DNA from: Candidatus Multivorans sp.
GTDB lineage: Bacteria > Acidobacteriota > Thermoanaerobaculia > Multivoradales > Multivoraceae
Direction: 5' to 3'
Assembly (NCBI GenBank): GCA_965247095.1
Contig: OZ251997.1
Location: forward strand, 3,392,001-3,456,000
Length of the DNA stretch: 64,000 nt
Below the pieces are notes generated by a model that saw nothing but the letters and a program-made list of their open reading frames with translations, was not told where the DNA came from and made no database searches. Positions 30,979-40,777 of the stretch are shown here, piece after piece (position 1 is the first letter of the stretch; every line of letters begins with the position of its first letter). The position numbers were made by a program, and so were the translations under genes.

Positions 30979-32580
30979 TCAGTCGCCGGTCCGCACGAAG
31001 CGGATGGGCGAGACTGCCGGCTCCAGCGGCGCGGAAACGGCGTTGATCGCCCCCGCATCGTTGTAGTCGAAGCGGATCTTGACCCCTCCGAACCCTGCCG
31101 CGGCCGTGCTGGCCGGCAGATCGTAGGGGACGCTCCATACGTCGTAGTGGTAGTGCGCGAGCGGGAACTCGATGCCTACGACCTCCAGGATCAGGCCGTC
31201 CCCCTCAACTCGCACGGAGGCTTTGCCGTAGCCGGCGTGCTCGAAGTCGCCGGCGTAGTCGGCGAGCGGATGCGACGGGTTGGTGTCCGCCACCGCTGCC
31301 GCGAGATCGGCCTTCTTGCCCTCCTCGGCCTTCTCCTTCGCTTCGGCTTCCCGCTTGCGCGCCCTGGCGGCCCAGTCGATGGGATCGAGGCCGAGCATGC
31401 GGTCGAACGCGTTGCGCACGACGAGCGCGGGCACCGTCCCGGTGTGCGAGGCATTGGAGAGGGCGACGACGCCGATCTGCTCGTCGGGCAGCCACTCCAT
31501 CGCGGAGATGAAGCCGTCGATGCCTCCCCCGTGGCTGACGTGCTTGCGGCCCCGGTAGCCGCCCACCATGAGGCCCAGCCCGTAGGTGGGATCGCTGATC
31601 TCGGGACCGTTCTGCAGTCTCTCCTGGAGCGGGCCGGTCATCACCATCTGCGGTAGCTGCATGAGCCTCGCCGAGTCCTCCTTCAGGAGCTGCGTGTCGC
31701 CGACCTTCCCGTAGGCGAGATGGAACAGCACGTAGCGGGCGAGCTCCCGGGCAGATGTGTTGATCGAACCGGCGGGCCCGATGGCGTCAATGTTGCGGAA
31801 CGGCACGCGCTCGATCTCCTGCTGCGCGCCGTAGCCGTAGGAGAAGTCGTCGTCCTCCTGCATCCGGTCGACGGAGAAGGTGGCCCGCTTCATGCCGAGG
31901 GGCCGGAGGATCCGCTCCTCGACCAGCTCCTCCCACGACTTGCCGCCAATCCGTTCCGAGACCACGCCGGCGGTGAGGAACATCAGGTTCTGGTACTGGT
32001 ACTTGCTCCTGAAGGAGGCGGAAGGCTCCAGGTGGTGCAGCCCGGCGATCAGCTCGGTGCGGCTCTTGCCTGTCGCGTACCAGAACAGGTCGTGCCTGGG
32101 CAGGCCCGAGCGGTGACTCAGCAGGTCGACGGCGGTCATCTGCTCCGTCGCCACCGGGTCGTGGAGGCGGAACTCGGGAAGCACGGTGCGGACCGGCGTG
32201 TCCCAGGCGAGGGCGCCTTCGTCGACGTACATGGCCAGCAGGGTGGCGGTGAAGGACTTCGTGTTGGAGCCGATGGCGAAGAGCGTGTCCGGGGTCACGG
32301 GGAGCTGCTGCTCGACGTCGCGCCAGCCGTAGCCCGTGGCGAGGATCGTCTTGCCGTCTTCGACGATCGCGACGCCGAGGCCGGGGACCTTCCATTCGGC
32401 CATGACGGCTTCGACCCACTGGTCGAAGCCGTCGATGCGGGGGTCGGGGGTTTGGGCGGAGAGGGGGGTGGTGAGGGTGAGGGCGAGGGCGAGGGCGGTG
32501 AGGAGGGCGCCCGCCTTGGCGCCGTGCCCTACCAGGGTTCGGCGTGACAGGAGAGTGTGCCCGGGAGAGGTCGACGGCAT
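30979..32580 (-). CDS. Serine hydrolase (beta-lactamase/AmpC-like with DUF3471-type tail)
   Basis: FAIGSNTKSF (SxxK), YQYQN, HGGGIDGF, YAGDFEHAGYG; export signal. Confidence 0.88.
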   Translation of the reverse strand: MPSTSPGHTLLSRRTLVGHGAKAGALLTALALALTLTTPLSAQTPDPRIDGFDQWVEAVMAEWKVPGLGVAIVEDGKTILATGYGWRDVEQQLPVTPDTLFAIGSNTKSFTATLLAMYVDEGALAWDTPVRTVLPEFRLHDPVATEQMTAVDLLSHRSGLPRHDLFWYATGKSRTELIAGLHHLEPSASFRSKYQYQNLMFLTAGVVSERIGGKSWEELVEERILRPLGMKRATFSVDRMQEDDDFSYGYGAQQEIERVPFRNIDAIGPAGSINTSARELARYVLFHLAYGKVGDTQLLKEDSARLMQLPQMVMTGPLQERLQNGPEISDPTYGLGLMVGGYRGRKHVSHGGGIDGFISAMEWLPDEQIGVVALSNASHTGTVPALVVRNAFDRMLGLDPIDWAARARKREAEAKEKAEEGKKADLAAAVADTNPSHPLADYAGDFEHAGYGKASVRVEGDGLILEVVGIEFPLAHYHYDVWSVPYDLPASTAAAGFGGVKIRFDYNDAGAINAVSAPLEPAVSPIRFVRTGD

Positions 32581-32660
32581 GGGTCGCGGCTCCTTGGATG
32601 GGGACGTGGGTGCGGCGGGGATGGGCTCGTGGGTGTATACCATCGGGCGGGTTGGGGGGT

Positions 32661-34202
32661 GTGGACGTGTTGAGGAGCGGTTTCATCGTGTTGGGGCTGG
32701 TCGCGGCGCTCGTCCTCGCGGGTTGCAACGGAGCGACCGACGGGACGGACGAAGCCGAGACCCAGGAGTTCGACGTCGTCTTCGAGGGCGCCCGCGTCAT
32801 CGACCCCGAGCGAAGGCTCGACGAGGTCAGAAACGTGGGAATTCGCGGCGGTGTCATCGCCGCCTTGACGGAACAGCCCCTCGCCGAGTCCCTCGCCGAC
32901 GGCGGCGTCCTCATCGACGCGGCCGACCTGGTCCTGGCGCCGGGATTCGTGGACCTCCACGCCCACGGCCAGGGCTCGGCGTCGCACGAGTACCAGGCAA
33001 GGGACGGCGTCACCACCGCGCTCGAGCTCGAATGGGGCGTCGCCGACGTGGGGGCGTTCCTGGATTCCAGGCGCGGGAAGTCGCTCGTCAACTATGGCGC
33101 CACCATCAATCACGGCGCGTTGAGGGGCCTGGAGATCGTTCCGCAGGAGGAACGGGCGGATCTCGAGGCGGCCTTCACGGCGGCCAGCTCCGCCGACGAG
33201 CCGCTCAGCGCCGAGCGTGACGCCGCGGACAGGACGTACTACTCCGAGCTGCCGCCCGAGCGCTTCCCCGCCATGCTGGAGCGTCTGGACCAGGGACTCG
33301 AGGAAGGCGCCCTGGGGATCGGCCTCGCCGTCCAGTACTACCCGGGCGCGAGCCGCCGGGAGATGTTCGAGGTGTTCCGCTTCGCCGGCGAGAAGCGGGC
33401 CACCATCCACACCCACGTCCGTTCGATGACGATCGAGGCGATGCAGGAAGTCCTGGCCAACGCGGTCGCCACCGGGGCGCCCCTGCACATCGTGCACGTG
33501 AACAGCATGGCCCTCGGCGAGATCGACACGGTGCTAGGCCTGATCGGCGGCGCGCGCCGCCTGGGGCTCGACGTGACGACGGAGGCCTACCCCTACACGG
33601 CCGGCTCGACCAGCCTCCACAGCTCGATCTTCGACGAGGGCTGGCAAGGCCGCCTGGGCATCGACTACGGCGACCTCCAGTGGGAGGCAACGGGAGAGAG
33701 GCTGACCAGGGAGACCTTCGAGCGGTACCGCCGCGAGCGGGGCACGGTCATCCTGCACTTCATGAAGGAAGAGTGGATCGAGACGGCGCTCGCGACCGAC
33801 TGGGTGATCGTCGCCTCCGACGGCATGCCCTACGCCCCGAAGGCGCACCCCCGAACGGCCGGCACCTACTCACGGGTCCTGGGCCGCTACGTCCGCGAAC
33901 GGGGCACGCTCGACCTGATGACCGCCCTGTTGAAGATGAGCCTCCTGCCGGCCGACCGCGTGGCCTCGATGTCCGAGCAGATGAGGCGCAAGGGGCGGAT
34001 CCAGGTCGGTGCCGACGCGGACATCGTCGTGTTCGATCCCGAGACGGTGATCGACACCGCGACGTTCGAAGACGGGCTGTCGTTCTCGGAGGGGATCGTT
34101 CACACGATGGTGAATGGGGTGTTCGTTGTGCGGGACGGGGAGACGGTGGAGGGGGTTGCGCCGGGGCGGGCGATTGTTGGGCGGTTTGCGGGTGAGCCTT
34201 AG
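32661..34202 (+). CDS. Amidohydrolase, N-acyl-D-amino-acid/D-glutamate deacylase-like lipoprotein
   Basis: LAGC lipobox, PGFVDLHAH, TEAYPY, ASDG, HPRTAGTYSRVLG, GADADIVVFDP. Confidence 0.85.
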   Translation: MDVLRSGFIVLGLVAALVLAGCNGATDGTDEAETQEFDVVFEGARVIDPERRLDEVRNVGIRGGVIAALTEQPLAESLADGGVLIDAADLVLAPGFVDLHAHGQGSASHEYQARDGVTTALELEWGVADVGAFLDSRRGKSLVNYGATINHGALRGLEIVPQEERADLEAAFTAASSADEPLSAERDAADRTYYSELPPERFPAMLERLDQGLEEGALGIGLAVQYYPGASRREMFEVFRFAGEKRATIHTHVRSMTIEAMQEVLANAVATGAPLHIVHVNSMALGEIDTVLGLIGGARRLGLDVTTEAYPYTAGSTSLHSSIFDEGWQGRLGIDYGDLQWEATGERLTRETFERYRRERGTVILHFMKEEWIETALATDWVIVASDGMPYAPKAHPRTAGTYSRVLGRYVRERGTLDLMTALLKMSLLPADRVASMSEQMRRKGRIQVGADADIVVFDPETVIDTATFEDGLSFSEGIVHTMVNGVFVVRDGETVEGVAPGRAIVGRFAGEP

Positions 34203-34207
34203 TAGCG

Positions 34208-34532
34208 GGCCATCGACGTGACAGGCGTTGGCCTCCGGGGCTGGGGGAGCCACACGTTCCCCGCCGGCCTCGCCTTCGCCGAGCACGGCCTCCGCGACCT
34301 CGTCCTATCCTACGGTTGTCGCGAAGGCCGCGCCGACCCGCCGCTTCCCCCCGAAGGCGTCGCTGGCGACGTGGTGCTGGGACTGACGAAGAGCGGGTGC
34401 CTTTCCTCCTCGACAACGTGCTGCCGGAAGATGTGGAGGCGCAGCTCGACCGTGGCGTGATGATCGGCGCGGGTCGGCGGGAGGGTCGGCGGAGGTGGGA
34501 GGGACCACAGCGGGCGGCGACTGCCTTGTTAG
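34208..34532 (+). pseudogene. Remnant B of the same aldolase-like gene
   Basis: GVGLRGWGSHTF / GLAFAEHGLRDLVLSYG.REGRADPPLPPE / FLLDNVLPEDVEAQLDRGVMIGAG, frameshifted. Confidence 0.65.
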
Positions 34533-34699
34533 CGTCGCGATAGGGGCCGCCGAGTCGTTGGTCGGAGGCCTCTAGTGTTGGTCTCTGGCTAGCCGTCTCC
34601 GCCGAGGCACCACGAAGTCCCAATGCACCTGTGCTCTGATCCACGGGCAGGCGGCATAGTGAAGTTGCCCCGGTTTCGTGGACGGTTTAGGTTTGGGGT

Positions 34700-35548
34700 T
34701 CAGGCTGCTTCGCAGTAGGACCTTTCGAAGTTGATGGGCGACCGGTGTCCGATGCCTGAGTGGCGCCGATGCGGGTTGTACCAGCCCTCGATCCAACGGA
34801 AGAGTTCGGTCTTCGCTTCGGCGCGATTTCGGAAGGTCGTCCGGTCGAGCAGTTCGCACTCGAGGCTGGCGAAGAAGCTCTCGGCCATGGCGTTGTCGTA
34901 GCAATCTCCTACGGAACCCATCGAGAGCGCGATGCCTGCGTCTCGGCAGCGCTTCCCGAAGGCCAAGGAAGTGTACTGGCTGCCCTGATCGGAGTGATGG
35001 ATCACCTCCCCCGGCCGGCGCTGGGCGATCGCCATCTCCAGTGCACCGACCACGAGCTCTGTCGCGAGAGACGAGTCCATGGCCCAGCCGACGATTCGCC
35101 GACTGAACACGTCAAGGACGACGGCCAGGTAGAGGAAGCCCGATAGCGTCGGCACGTAGGTGATGTCGGCCAGCCAAAGCCGGTCCGGCGCCTCGGCCGC
35201 AAACTCCCGGTCGACGAGGTCCGGCGCCGGACGCGCCGAAGCGGCGCGGCGGGTTGTCGTCGGCCGCTTGCGCCGGCTGACGCCCGACAAGCCGGACTCT
35301 CGCATGAGTCTGGCGACCCGCTTGCGGCTTACCAGAACCCCGTCGTCGGCCAACTCGGCCTGAATGCGGGGAGCGCCGTAGGTGCCCCGGCTCCGCTTGT
35401 GGATCGCCTGCATCCGCTCGACGAGAGCAGCGTCCGACTTCTCCCTGGCCGACCGCGGTCTCTTCAACCAGGCGTAGTACCCGCTCGTGGAGACGCCGAG
35501 CACACGGGCCATTGTCGTGATCCGGAACTCGGCCTGGTGCGCTCTCAT
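34700..35548 (-). CDS. IS3 transposase OrfB (DDE)
   Basis: WLADITY, HHSDQGSQY, DNAMAESFF, YNPHRRHS. Confidence 0.95.
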   Translation of the reverse strand: MRAHQAEFRITTMARVLGVSTSGYYAWLKRPRSAREKSDAALVERMQAIHKRSRGTYGAPRIQAELADDGVLVSRKRVARLMRESGLSGVSRRKRPTTTRRAASARPAPDLVDREFAAEAPDRLWLADITYVPTLSGFLYLAVVLDVFSRRIVGWAMDSSLATELVVGALEMAIAQRRPGEVIHHSDQGSQYTSLAFGKRCRDAGIALSMGSVGDCYDNAMAESFFASLECELLDRTTFRNRAEAKTELFRWIEGWYNPHRRHSGIGHRSPINFERSYCEAA

Positions 35549-35853
35549 GAACCTGAAGACCCCTTCGGGCCCGTCTCCCGGGCGAACCAGGCCGTTGCTC
35601 TTGCCAGGATCTCCCGCTCCTCGCGCAGCCGGCGATTGTCGCGGCGCAGGCGCCGCAGCTCTTCGCGCTCCGCCGTGGTCAGTCCGTCAGCGCGGCGGCC
35701 CTCGTCCCGGTCTGCCTGGGCCACCCAGTTACGGATGGACTGCGCTGAGGGCTCGAACTCGCAGGCTAGTTGGTCCGGGCTGCGCCCGGACCGGACCAGA
35801 TCCACCATCTGTTGCCGGTACTCTGCCGGGTACCGAGGTCTTGATCTTGGCAT
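35545..35853 (-). CDS. IS3 transposase OrfA (HTH)
   Basis: RYPAEYRQQMVDLV...EELRRLRRDNRRLREEREIL; ATGA overlap with OrfB. Confidence 0.92.
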   Translation of the reverse strand: MPRSRPRYPAEYRQQMVDLVRSGRSPDQLACEFEPSAQSIRNWVAQADRDEGRRADGLTTAEREELRRLRRDNRRLREEREILARATAWFARETGPKGSSGS

Positions 35854-35946
35854 CGTGGGTACCTCCTCCTCCAAGGATGAAGTGTCCACCAAACCGGGGC
35901 AAGCTCATAGATCAGCCATCTGCATCACACTCCAAACGCACTCTGT

Positions 35947-36474
35947 CTACGGCAGGAATCCGCAAACCTCTAGTCCGTAGCTGAGTATGGAGTCGTAGAT
36001 CCGCACGTCTCCAATGACCTCGCGGGGAATCCCCAATTCGAGGCGCTTCCTGATTCCGGCTTCGTCGATTCGCCAGATCGGCTCAGTCTTCGGTTCCGCA
36101 CCGTAGCGATCAGCGTTGATCATGGCAAGGCCATTGACCGCTCACAGGCGACGGTGGTCGGTGCGGAAATAGACTGCGGATGGTTCGCGGCATTCGATCC
36201 GTCTGCGGTCCACCGTGTAGGGCCACTCGCCACGAGTTCAGGTGGCGCGGTCGATCTCGTGGGGATCTGGTGGCCTAGAGGCAGACCGAACGCGAGTGCT
36301 TTCTGACTCAGCCGAGGCCCGAGTCGGGCTGGCCGCTTCGCGATTCCCTGTCGGCCGATAAATCACGCCCAGAAGAGCTGAAACAAGGGCCAACAACAGA
36401 CTGCCGACAACAATAATGCCAAGCATCCATAGGCATCCGCTTGTGCATCCGCTCCCACGTTCGGTCTCAGCCAT
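35947..36474 (-). pseudogene. YebY/DUF2511-like membrane-anchored protein with two in-frame TGA codons
   Basis: One frame: TM helix...EIDRAT*TRGEWPYTVD..RIECRE...RRL*AVNGLA...EPIWR...GLEVCGFLP*. Confidence 0.5.
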
Positions 36475-37306
36475 CGGCGTACCGCTCCTTCGCGCGCGAC
36501 ACGGCTTGTTCTAGACGCAGGCCCGAGGACAGTCGCTTCCAGATTACCTGCCATCGATCACGATCCCACCCCATATAGTCGGCTAGAGTTGCCGGTGCCA
36601 TCACGAAGTCGATCGCAACGATGCAAACTAAGTTGGCCAGCCGCTCGCTGCTGACCTCTTTGTAGAAGTTTGTGACTGGAGTGCTGCCGATGCTCGCTCG
36701 GTCACCCGGTGTCCAACTCAATTGATGGATGGCCCAATGGTGGCCGTGTACTGCGGCCGAGAAGATCCTGTAGAGCGACTCACCCTTCAACTTGGAGACG
36801 AGTTGAGTCGCTGTCGGCATCTTGCCGATACCCTTGACTCGACCGTTGGGTCTGCGAACGACCGTCACTCCTAGGTGTGTTGCCTCTACAGCCAGATCCT
36901 CAATTCGTTTCTCATATTGATCGACCGACTTGTTCTCAGACCGTCGGTATTTCACGTTCTGCACGATTCCGTTATGCCGATGGGCGTAGATCCGAGCCTG
37001 GCGTTCTGTCGGATCAAGTTCGGGGTCAAGCAGCCAGAAGACGCGGGAACTGAGTTCAAGCACCACGCGCGCGCAGGAGCAGGCTCCCAAGAGTTTCACT
37101 GGCTGATCCAAGGCATCAAGGAAGAGGCTGGTGTGATCATCCATGGAGTCCATCAGCGTCATCCCTATGCCATAGGCGGTCAGGGCGCGTTTGGGATTTC
37201 CCAGGAGGTCGGCTGGAGAACCCTTGGCTGGTTTGTCGGGTTGGTTCTTGATGTAGTCCGCAAGTTCGACCAGAAACTCGCGCAACACTTCTTGTTCCCT
37301 CGTCAC
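36467..37306 (-). CDS. Hypothetical protein (accessory, lower GC; possibly HEPN-like helical fold)
   Basis: 279-aa ORF coupled to its neighbours; ARVVLE...WLL and LYRIFSAAVHG segments. Confidence 0.65.
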   Translation of the reverse strand: MTREQEVLREFLVELADYIKNQPDKPAKGSPADLLGNPKRALTAYGIGMTLMDSMDDHTSLFLDALDQPVKLLGACSCARVVLELSSRVFWLLDPELDPTERQARIYAHRHNGIVQNVKYRRSENKSVDQYEKRIEDLAVEATHLGVTVVRRPNGRVKGIGKMPTATQLVSKLKGESLYRIFSAAVHGHHWAIHQLSWTPGDRASIGSTPVTNFYKEVSSERLANLVCIVAIDFVMAPATLADYMGWDRDRWQVIWKRLSSGLRLEQAVSRAKERYADG

Positions 37307-37515
37307 GCCTCGACTCCAATCTCGACCTGAATCGGCTTCATCGCGGTAGTTCTCCTGAAGAGCTTAGGGAGGTTCGGGCGTTTCCCCTCCACCATATCCT
37401 CGACAGAAAGATCTTGGATCACTGGATAAGTTCCCGTATCATCCGTGAACGTGCGTCTGCTGCGGTTGTTCTCTACCATCGTCATCTGGTTCTCAAAGCA
37501 GATCAGCACCCCAGC
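37303..37515 (-). pseudogene. C-terminal remnant resembling the tail of DNA methyltransferase/Mrr-like fusion proteins
   Basis: AGVLICF...TYPVIQDLSVEDMVEGKRPNLP resembles the YPxIQxLxxEELLxGKRPxxP tail; no N-terminus. Confidence 0.35.
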
Positions 37516-37884
37516 CGATGAGTTCGGCTACTGGCCGAGTACGTAGCTTGAAGGGGAAGCGCGCCTGAATGGAAACGCCGTTCAGGAAAACGCATCGTCA
37601 TCAGCTGCGAGGAGGTTCCGGGCACCTTCTAGATTGCCATCTTCGGCATGAGCCAAGATCTGCAGCATGAACGCCTCTCAGCGATTTGGTTCGCTCATCG
37701 GAGGAGTTGGAATCCCTAGGTTGGCGAGCTTCTTGCTCCAGTAGATGCGATGTTCCACAGGGTCGATCTCCAATATTCTCGGAACCAGAGCAACGAAGCG
37801 GGTGCGTTCATCTTGGGGCCAGACGGTTAGCTTTGTTGAGTTCACATCAAGGTTGAGCGCTGGACATTCTCTGACGGCCCCCTC

Positions 37885-39025
37885 TAGTGTAGTGTCTCCG
37901 ACATGGGTTGACAGTCTCGGGCAAGTTCGTCAGTATTCCGTTCATGTGGGAACCAGCGGAACGACTTCACATCGAAGAGAGGGATCGAGCGCTTCTCAAG
38001 AAATGGGTAGAGGCGCCGACGACGACGCAACGCACGGTCCGGCGTAGCCGGATCGTGCTCGCTGCGGCGGAGGGCACGGCCAATCGGGCGATTGCGGCGA
38101 AACTCGGCGTTTCGCGGCCCACGGTGCTGCTGTGGCGTCGTCGGTTCGCGGAGGACGGACCTTCGGGGCTGACCAGGGATCGTCCCCGCGGTTGCGGAAA
38201 GCCGCCGCTCTCGGAGTCGGTCGTGCGTAAAGTGATCGAAGCGACGCTGCACGAGAAGCCGCCCGGTCAGACCCACTGGAGCGTGCGTTCGATGGCTCGG
38301 GCCCAGGGCATCAGTCCGGCGGCGGTCCAGCGCATCTGGGTGGCGCACGGGCTGAAGCCCCATCTGGTCAAGACGTTCAAGCTGAGCAACGACCCCAGGT
38401 TCGTGGAAAAGCTGCGGGACGTTGTGGGCCTGTACCGGAATCCGCCCGAGAACGCGCTTGTGCTGTGCGTGGACGAGAAGAGCCAGATCCAGGCTCTGGA
38501 CCGGACCCAGCCGGGCTTGCCGCTCAAGCGCGGCCGCGCGGGAACGATGACCCACGACTACAAGCGCAACGGGACGACGACGTTGTTCGCTGCGCTGAAC
38601 GTGTTGGAGGGCACGGTGATCGCGGAGTGCATGGGCCGGCAGCGCCACCAGGAGTTTCTCCGTTTCCTCAAGCGTCTCGACCGTGAGATCCCGAAGCATC
38701 TCGACCTGCACCTGATCCTGGACAACTACCAGACCCACAAACACGCCGCCGTGCGCGCATGGCTGGAGCGAAAGCCTCGCTTCCACTTCCATTTCATTCC
38801 CACTTCGTCGCCCTGGCTCAACCTGGTCGAACGCTGGCTGGGCGGTCTGACCACGAAGGCGATCCGGCGCGGTGCATTCCAGAGCGTCAACGACCTCGTA
38901 AAGACCATCTACGACTACGTGGAGCACAGCAACGAAAACTCCCGGCCGTTCGTCTGGACGGCCACCGCCGACAGCATCATCGCAAAGGTTACACGTGGTA
39001 AAGCCATGTTGGAGACAGTACACTA
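37885..39025 (+). mobile_element. Complete IS630-family insertion sequence
   Basis: TAGTGTAGTGTCTCCGACATGG and CCATGTTGGAGACAGTACACTA form a 20/22 IR, with TA in CTAG context at both ends. Confidence 0.93.
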
Positions 39026-39026
39026 G
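37944..39026 (+). CDS. IS630 transposase
   Basis: CVDEKSQIQALDR, THDYKRNGT, ILDNYQTHK, WLNLVERW. Confidence 0.95.
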   Translation: MWEPAERLHIEERDRALLKKWVEAPTTTQRTVRRSRIVLAAAEGTANRAIAAKLGVSRPTVLLWRRRFAEDGPSGLTRDRPRGCGKPPLSESVVRKVIEATLHEKPPGQTHWSVRSMARAQGISPAAVQRIWVAHGLKPHLVKTFKLSNDPRFVEKLRDVVGLYRNPPENALVLCVDEKSQIQALDRTQPGLPLKRGRAGTMTHDYKRNGTTTLFAALNVLEGTVIAECMGRQRHQEFLRFLKRLDREIPKHLDLHLILDNYQTHKHAAVRAWLERKPRFHFHFIPTSSPWLNLVERWLGGLTTKAIRRGAFQSVNDLVKTIYDYVEHSNENSRPFVWTATADSIIAKVTRGKAMLETVH

Positions 39027-39101
39027 GTCCTAGCTCTGGGACCGTCCGCCCCGTCGCTGGCCCGCTGAGGGCGGGCAAGTCCCACTCTTTCTCGGATGCG
39101 G

Positions 39102-40495
39102 TCACCAACTTCCATGTCGCCTTCGCCCGGTCCAAAGTGCGGACTTCCATCGCTCCAGTTCCTTCCTCCGGAACGCGATGTCCTTCAGGCCCCAGATCGA
39201 TCGCAGCCAGTCGCTTGCGCCTACGATGTAGCCCGGGAGCGCGGCGCTCGCGGCCCGTGCCGCGGGCGACGACAGTGCACTGCGGTAGTGGGCCATGATC
39301 TCCGGCGTCAGGACGCTTCGGTCGCCGACCGCTCTCGGCATCACTCCGTTCACGAAGATGTTGTGATGCCGCAGCAGGTACTGGCCGATCCAGCTCGACA
39401 TCAGGAAGCTGAACGACTTGAAGTGGAAGTCGTCCCGGACCGGCCAGCACCAGGTGTTCGCGATGACGAGACGCTTGACGCGCTCCGGGTGCTTGCGTGC
39501 GAAGTCGAGGCCGATCGGCCCACCCCAGGCGGTCATGAATAGGGTGATCTCGCGAAGGTCGAGATGGTCGAGCAGGGTGGTCAGGCGGTGCGCATGACTC
39601 TCGGGACGATGGTCTTCGCGCAGCGCACTCCGTGACGAGAGACGGAAGCCGATGCGGTCGAGTGCGACACAGCGGAACTCCGATCGCAGTTCCCGGACCG
39701 GATGCCGGAACTCGCACGACCATGCGGGGTTCCCGTGGACGAACACGAGCGGTTCGCCCTTGCCTTCGTCGATGTAGTGCATCCGGTGATCGGGTGGGAG
39801 GGCGAGAAAGCGGCTCTCGAAGGGAAACAGGTCGTCCGAAACCCAATCGGGGCGGGCGGTCGATGCGATCCTGTTGCACGCGGCGCACAGCTCCCTGAGC
39901 TTCTCGAGACAGTCCGCCCAGCTCCGCTCGTGCTCGTCGCGGGCCTCGTCCTGGGTGAACCGGGCGTGAGTGAGCGTGAGGCGCGTCCTGTCGGCCGATT
40001 CAGGTTCGAACTCGATGGTGACCAGCGTGTCGGTGTCGCTGCCTTCCGAGCGCCAGGTGTGCACCAGACGACGTAGCGGCGCGACTTCCCGGTACACGCC
40101 GCGGGCGAGCCAGCGCTGCCCGTCGGTCCCGCGCATCTCGATGAGGAATGTCCCGCCGACCGCGACGTCGGCGACCGCGCGGGAGGCGACGGCATCGCCC
40201 GGCGCCAGCCATTGCGTCAGCAACTCCGGGTCGGTCCATGACGCGTAGACCCGTTGGACCGGTGCGTCGATCACGCGTCGCAGCGTCAGGTCCGTCATCG
40301 CCGTTTCGCCCTCCTCGTCGGTGCCGGTCTCGACCAGTGCACCGAGCGCATCGAAGCGCTCCGTCCAGAAGCGCGCGTGGAACTCGAGCCAGTCCTGGGC
40401 GTCCCGGAGCGCGGCCGGGTTGATCCGGCACACCCCGTTCCCGGCCCCTCGCTTCGCGTGTGACGAGGCCGGCGCGTTCGAGTACGCCGAGGTGA
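39102..40495 (-). pseudogene. Decayed ArsR + SRPBCC(AHSA1) + haloalkane-dehalogenase-like hydrolase, fused into one frame
   Basis: HLGVLERAGLV (shifted frame), FWTERFDAL; RVIDAPVQRVYASWTDP; MHYIDEGKG...HGNPAW; nucleophile motif reads TAWGG instead of DWGG; truncated at both ends. Confidence 0.7.
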
Positions 40496-40499
40496 ATCA

Positions 40500-40717
40500 A
40501 CGGCTTGGAAGAGCCGGACTGATTTGCGGCCGAAGTCGCGGCCGCCGGCAACGTGGTGCTGGAGCTGACGGAGGAGCGGGGGATGTACTTCCTGGATAGC
40601 GTGTTGCCGGAGAATGTGGCCTCCGAGATCGGCCGCGGCGGATTGATCGGCACCGGCTGGCGCAAGGATTCGGCTTAGGCGGGGAGGGAGTAGAGCGGGC
40701 GAACGACCCCTTGGTAG
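40500..40717 (+). pseudogene. Remnant C of the same aldolase-like gene
   Basis: EVAAAGNVVLELTEERGMYFLDSVLPENVASEIGRG..IGTG.RKDSA*AGRE*SGRTTPW*. Confidence 0.65.
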
Positions 40718-40777
40718 CGGTGCAGCGAGAGTCGTCGAGCGACGAGAGCGGGCAGACGGTCCAGATTGGGTAGTGCG

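Larger units (their letters stand above)
34660..35907 (-). mobile_element. Complete IS3-family insertion sequence
   Basis: Ends TGAAGTTGCCCCGGTTTCGTGGAC and GTCCACCAAACCGGGGCAAGCTCA form an imperfect IR; 3-bp TAG target duplication (34657-34659 and 35908-35910). Confidence 0.95.

Noticed and set aside
32461-32510. GAGGGY hexamer run as a contingency repeat
   Set aside because: It encodes the Leu/Ala/Thr signal peptide of the serine hydrolase, and unit changes would keep the frame.
34572-34590. CTAGTGT-type IS630-like ends here and near 29191-29197
   Set aside because: No matching partner IR or transposase remnant could be established.
35947-37880. Whole island using an alternative genetic code
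   Set aside because: Adjacent genes end in TGA with coupled starts and use TGG for Trp; kept only as a low-ranked finding.
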